Origin: Prochlorococcus marinus subsp. pastoris str. CCMP1986
GTDB lineage: Bacteria > Cyanobacteriota > Cyanobacteriia > PCC-6307 > Cyanobiaceae
Reading direction: 5' to 3'
DNA length: 32,000 bases
NCBI RefSeq assembly: GCF_000011465.1
Contig: NC_005072.1
Location: 150,001 to 182,000 of the forward strand
Shown here: piece after piece, positions 30,959-32,000 of the stretch
How positions within the stretch are numbered: position 1 is the stretch's first letter
Layout of the letters: each line of letters begins with the position of its first letter
Made by a program: the position numbers and the translations under genes
The notes under the pieces: model-generated
The model's input: only the letters and a program-made list of their open reading frames with translations
What the model was told of the DNA's origin: nothing
Databases searched by the model: none

Positions 30959-32000
30959 TTATTTACCTATACAAAATTTGGAAAAAATATTATTTAGTAG
31001 ATCTTCAGTTAATTCTTGACCTGTAATTCTAGATAAGTTTTTTATTCCATCTCTAACTTCAATTGATAATAAATCGAAAGGTAATTTATTAGCAATTATT
31101 GGATCAGTATCATTTAAATTTTTTAGGCAATCCGTTAGGTTTGATATTTGTCTTTCATTTAAAAAAATATCTATATTTTCAAATTCTTTTGATCCACATT
31201 TTTTAACTATCTTTTCGACTAGTTCTTTTTCGCCTTCATCATTTTTAATACTCATTAAAACAGAGTTCGATAAATTTTTTTTATTTACTTTTTTTGAATC
31301 AATTAAATCTTTTTTATTCCCCAAGATTGTAATCAATTTTTCTTGTGGAATTTTGCTTATGATTTTCTCATCATCCTTATTTAATCCTTCTTCAAGACTA
31401 TATAAATAGATTATATAGTCTGAGTTTTGAATCATTTCAAAGCTTTTATCAATTCCAATATTTTCTATATATTCATCGGTTTCTCTAATGCCAGCTGTAT
31501 CTATTATTTTTATTGGTATATCTTTTATAGTCAAATTCACTTCAATTATATCTCTAGTTGTTCCTGGAATACTAGTAACTATTGCTTTTTCTTTTTTTGA
31601 GAGAAGATTTAAAAGAGAACTTTTCCCGACATTGGTTTTGCCAATAAGAGCAATTGATATTCCATTATGAATATGCGCCCCCCTTTTTGAATTTTCTATA
31701 AGGATTTTTATTTTTTCTTTTATAATTTTAATATTTCTAGAAAAATCATTATAATTAAATTCTGAAAAATCTTCTTCAAAATCTACTCTTGCCTCTATTT
31801 CTGATAATTGCTCAATTAAATCATTTTTAATAATATCAATCTTTTTCTTTATTTCTCCCTTTACTCCATTAAAAGCTATTTCGGCTGATTTAAGATTTTT
31901 TGCATTAATCAATTGATTAATTGATTCTGCTTGAGTTAAATCTATTTTGCCATTAAGAAATGCTCTTTGACTAAATTCTCCTGGATTTGCAATCCTTACT
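30959..32000 (-). CDS. mnmE: tRNA-5-carboxymethylaminomethyl-2-thiouridine modification GTPase (5' end beyond window)
   Basis: Reading frame is open to the window edge ([40 protein letters not shown]...), GTPase motifs [36 protein letters not shown]-terminal FCIGK. The tracked ATG at 31912 is internal. Confidence 0.95.

Noticed and set aside
28590-31670. Plus-strand ORFs 28590..28826, 30114..30317, 30684..30896 and 31488..31670
   Set aside because: All antisense to argS, nadC or mnmE; typical spurious ORFs.
31910-31912. ATG at 31912 as the mnmE start codon
   Set aside because: The frame stays open to the window edge and encodes the conserved [21 protein letters not shown] segment, so the gene is merely truncated by the window.
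1-32000. Possible genomic island, mobile element, CRISPR array, tRNA insertion site or novel defence system
   Set aside because: Nearly every stretch is filled by recognisable core genes with intergenic gaps mostly below 100 nt. I saw no direct-repeat arrays, transposase or integrase motifs, or tRNA-like cloverleaf sequence. Definitive exclusion would need tRNAscan-SE, CRISPRCasFinder and PADLOC/DefenseFinder runs returning no hits.

Overview
AT-rich, densely packed window whose gene content, protein sequences and gene order look like a high-light-adapted marine picocyanobacterium (Prochlorococcus type; inferred from recognition, no database search). It carries core housekeeping and photosynthesis-associated genes: a sugar-nucleotide pyrophosphorylase (partial), metF, a small LuxR-type regulator, nadK and a CYTH protein, the ndhA-I-G-E operon, gltA, trpB, an SUI1 homologue, cysC, purE, chlM, a NarL-type response regulator, a NifS-like desulfurase, rsmH, ndhH, a men/phylloquinone block (thioesterase, menE, menC, menA, divergent menF), gshB, grxC, prfB, ybeY, dgkA, trpG, argS, nadC and mnmE (partial). 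I see no tRNA/rRNA genes, mobile elements, CRISPR array, phage or defence island, and no convincing previously undescribed system. The best points for a second look are: (1) prfB is split by an in-frame TGA in a CTT-TGA-C context, a classic RF2 programmed +1 frameshift, so the supplied ORF track gives the wrong start; (2) a perfect 12-bp inverted repeat lies between ndhA and ndhI; (3) a secreted-looking metallo-beta-lactamase-fold protein lacks the canonical HxHxDH motif; (4) there is a large, divergent, probably exported hypothetical protein; (5) there are two LuxR-HTH regulators.
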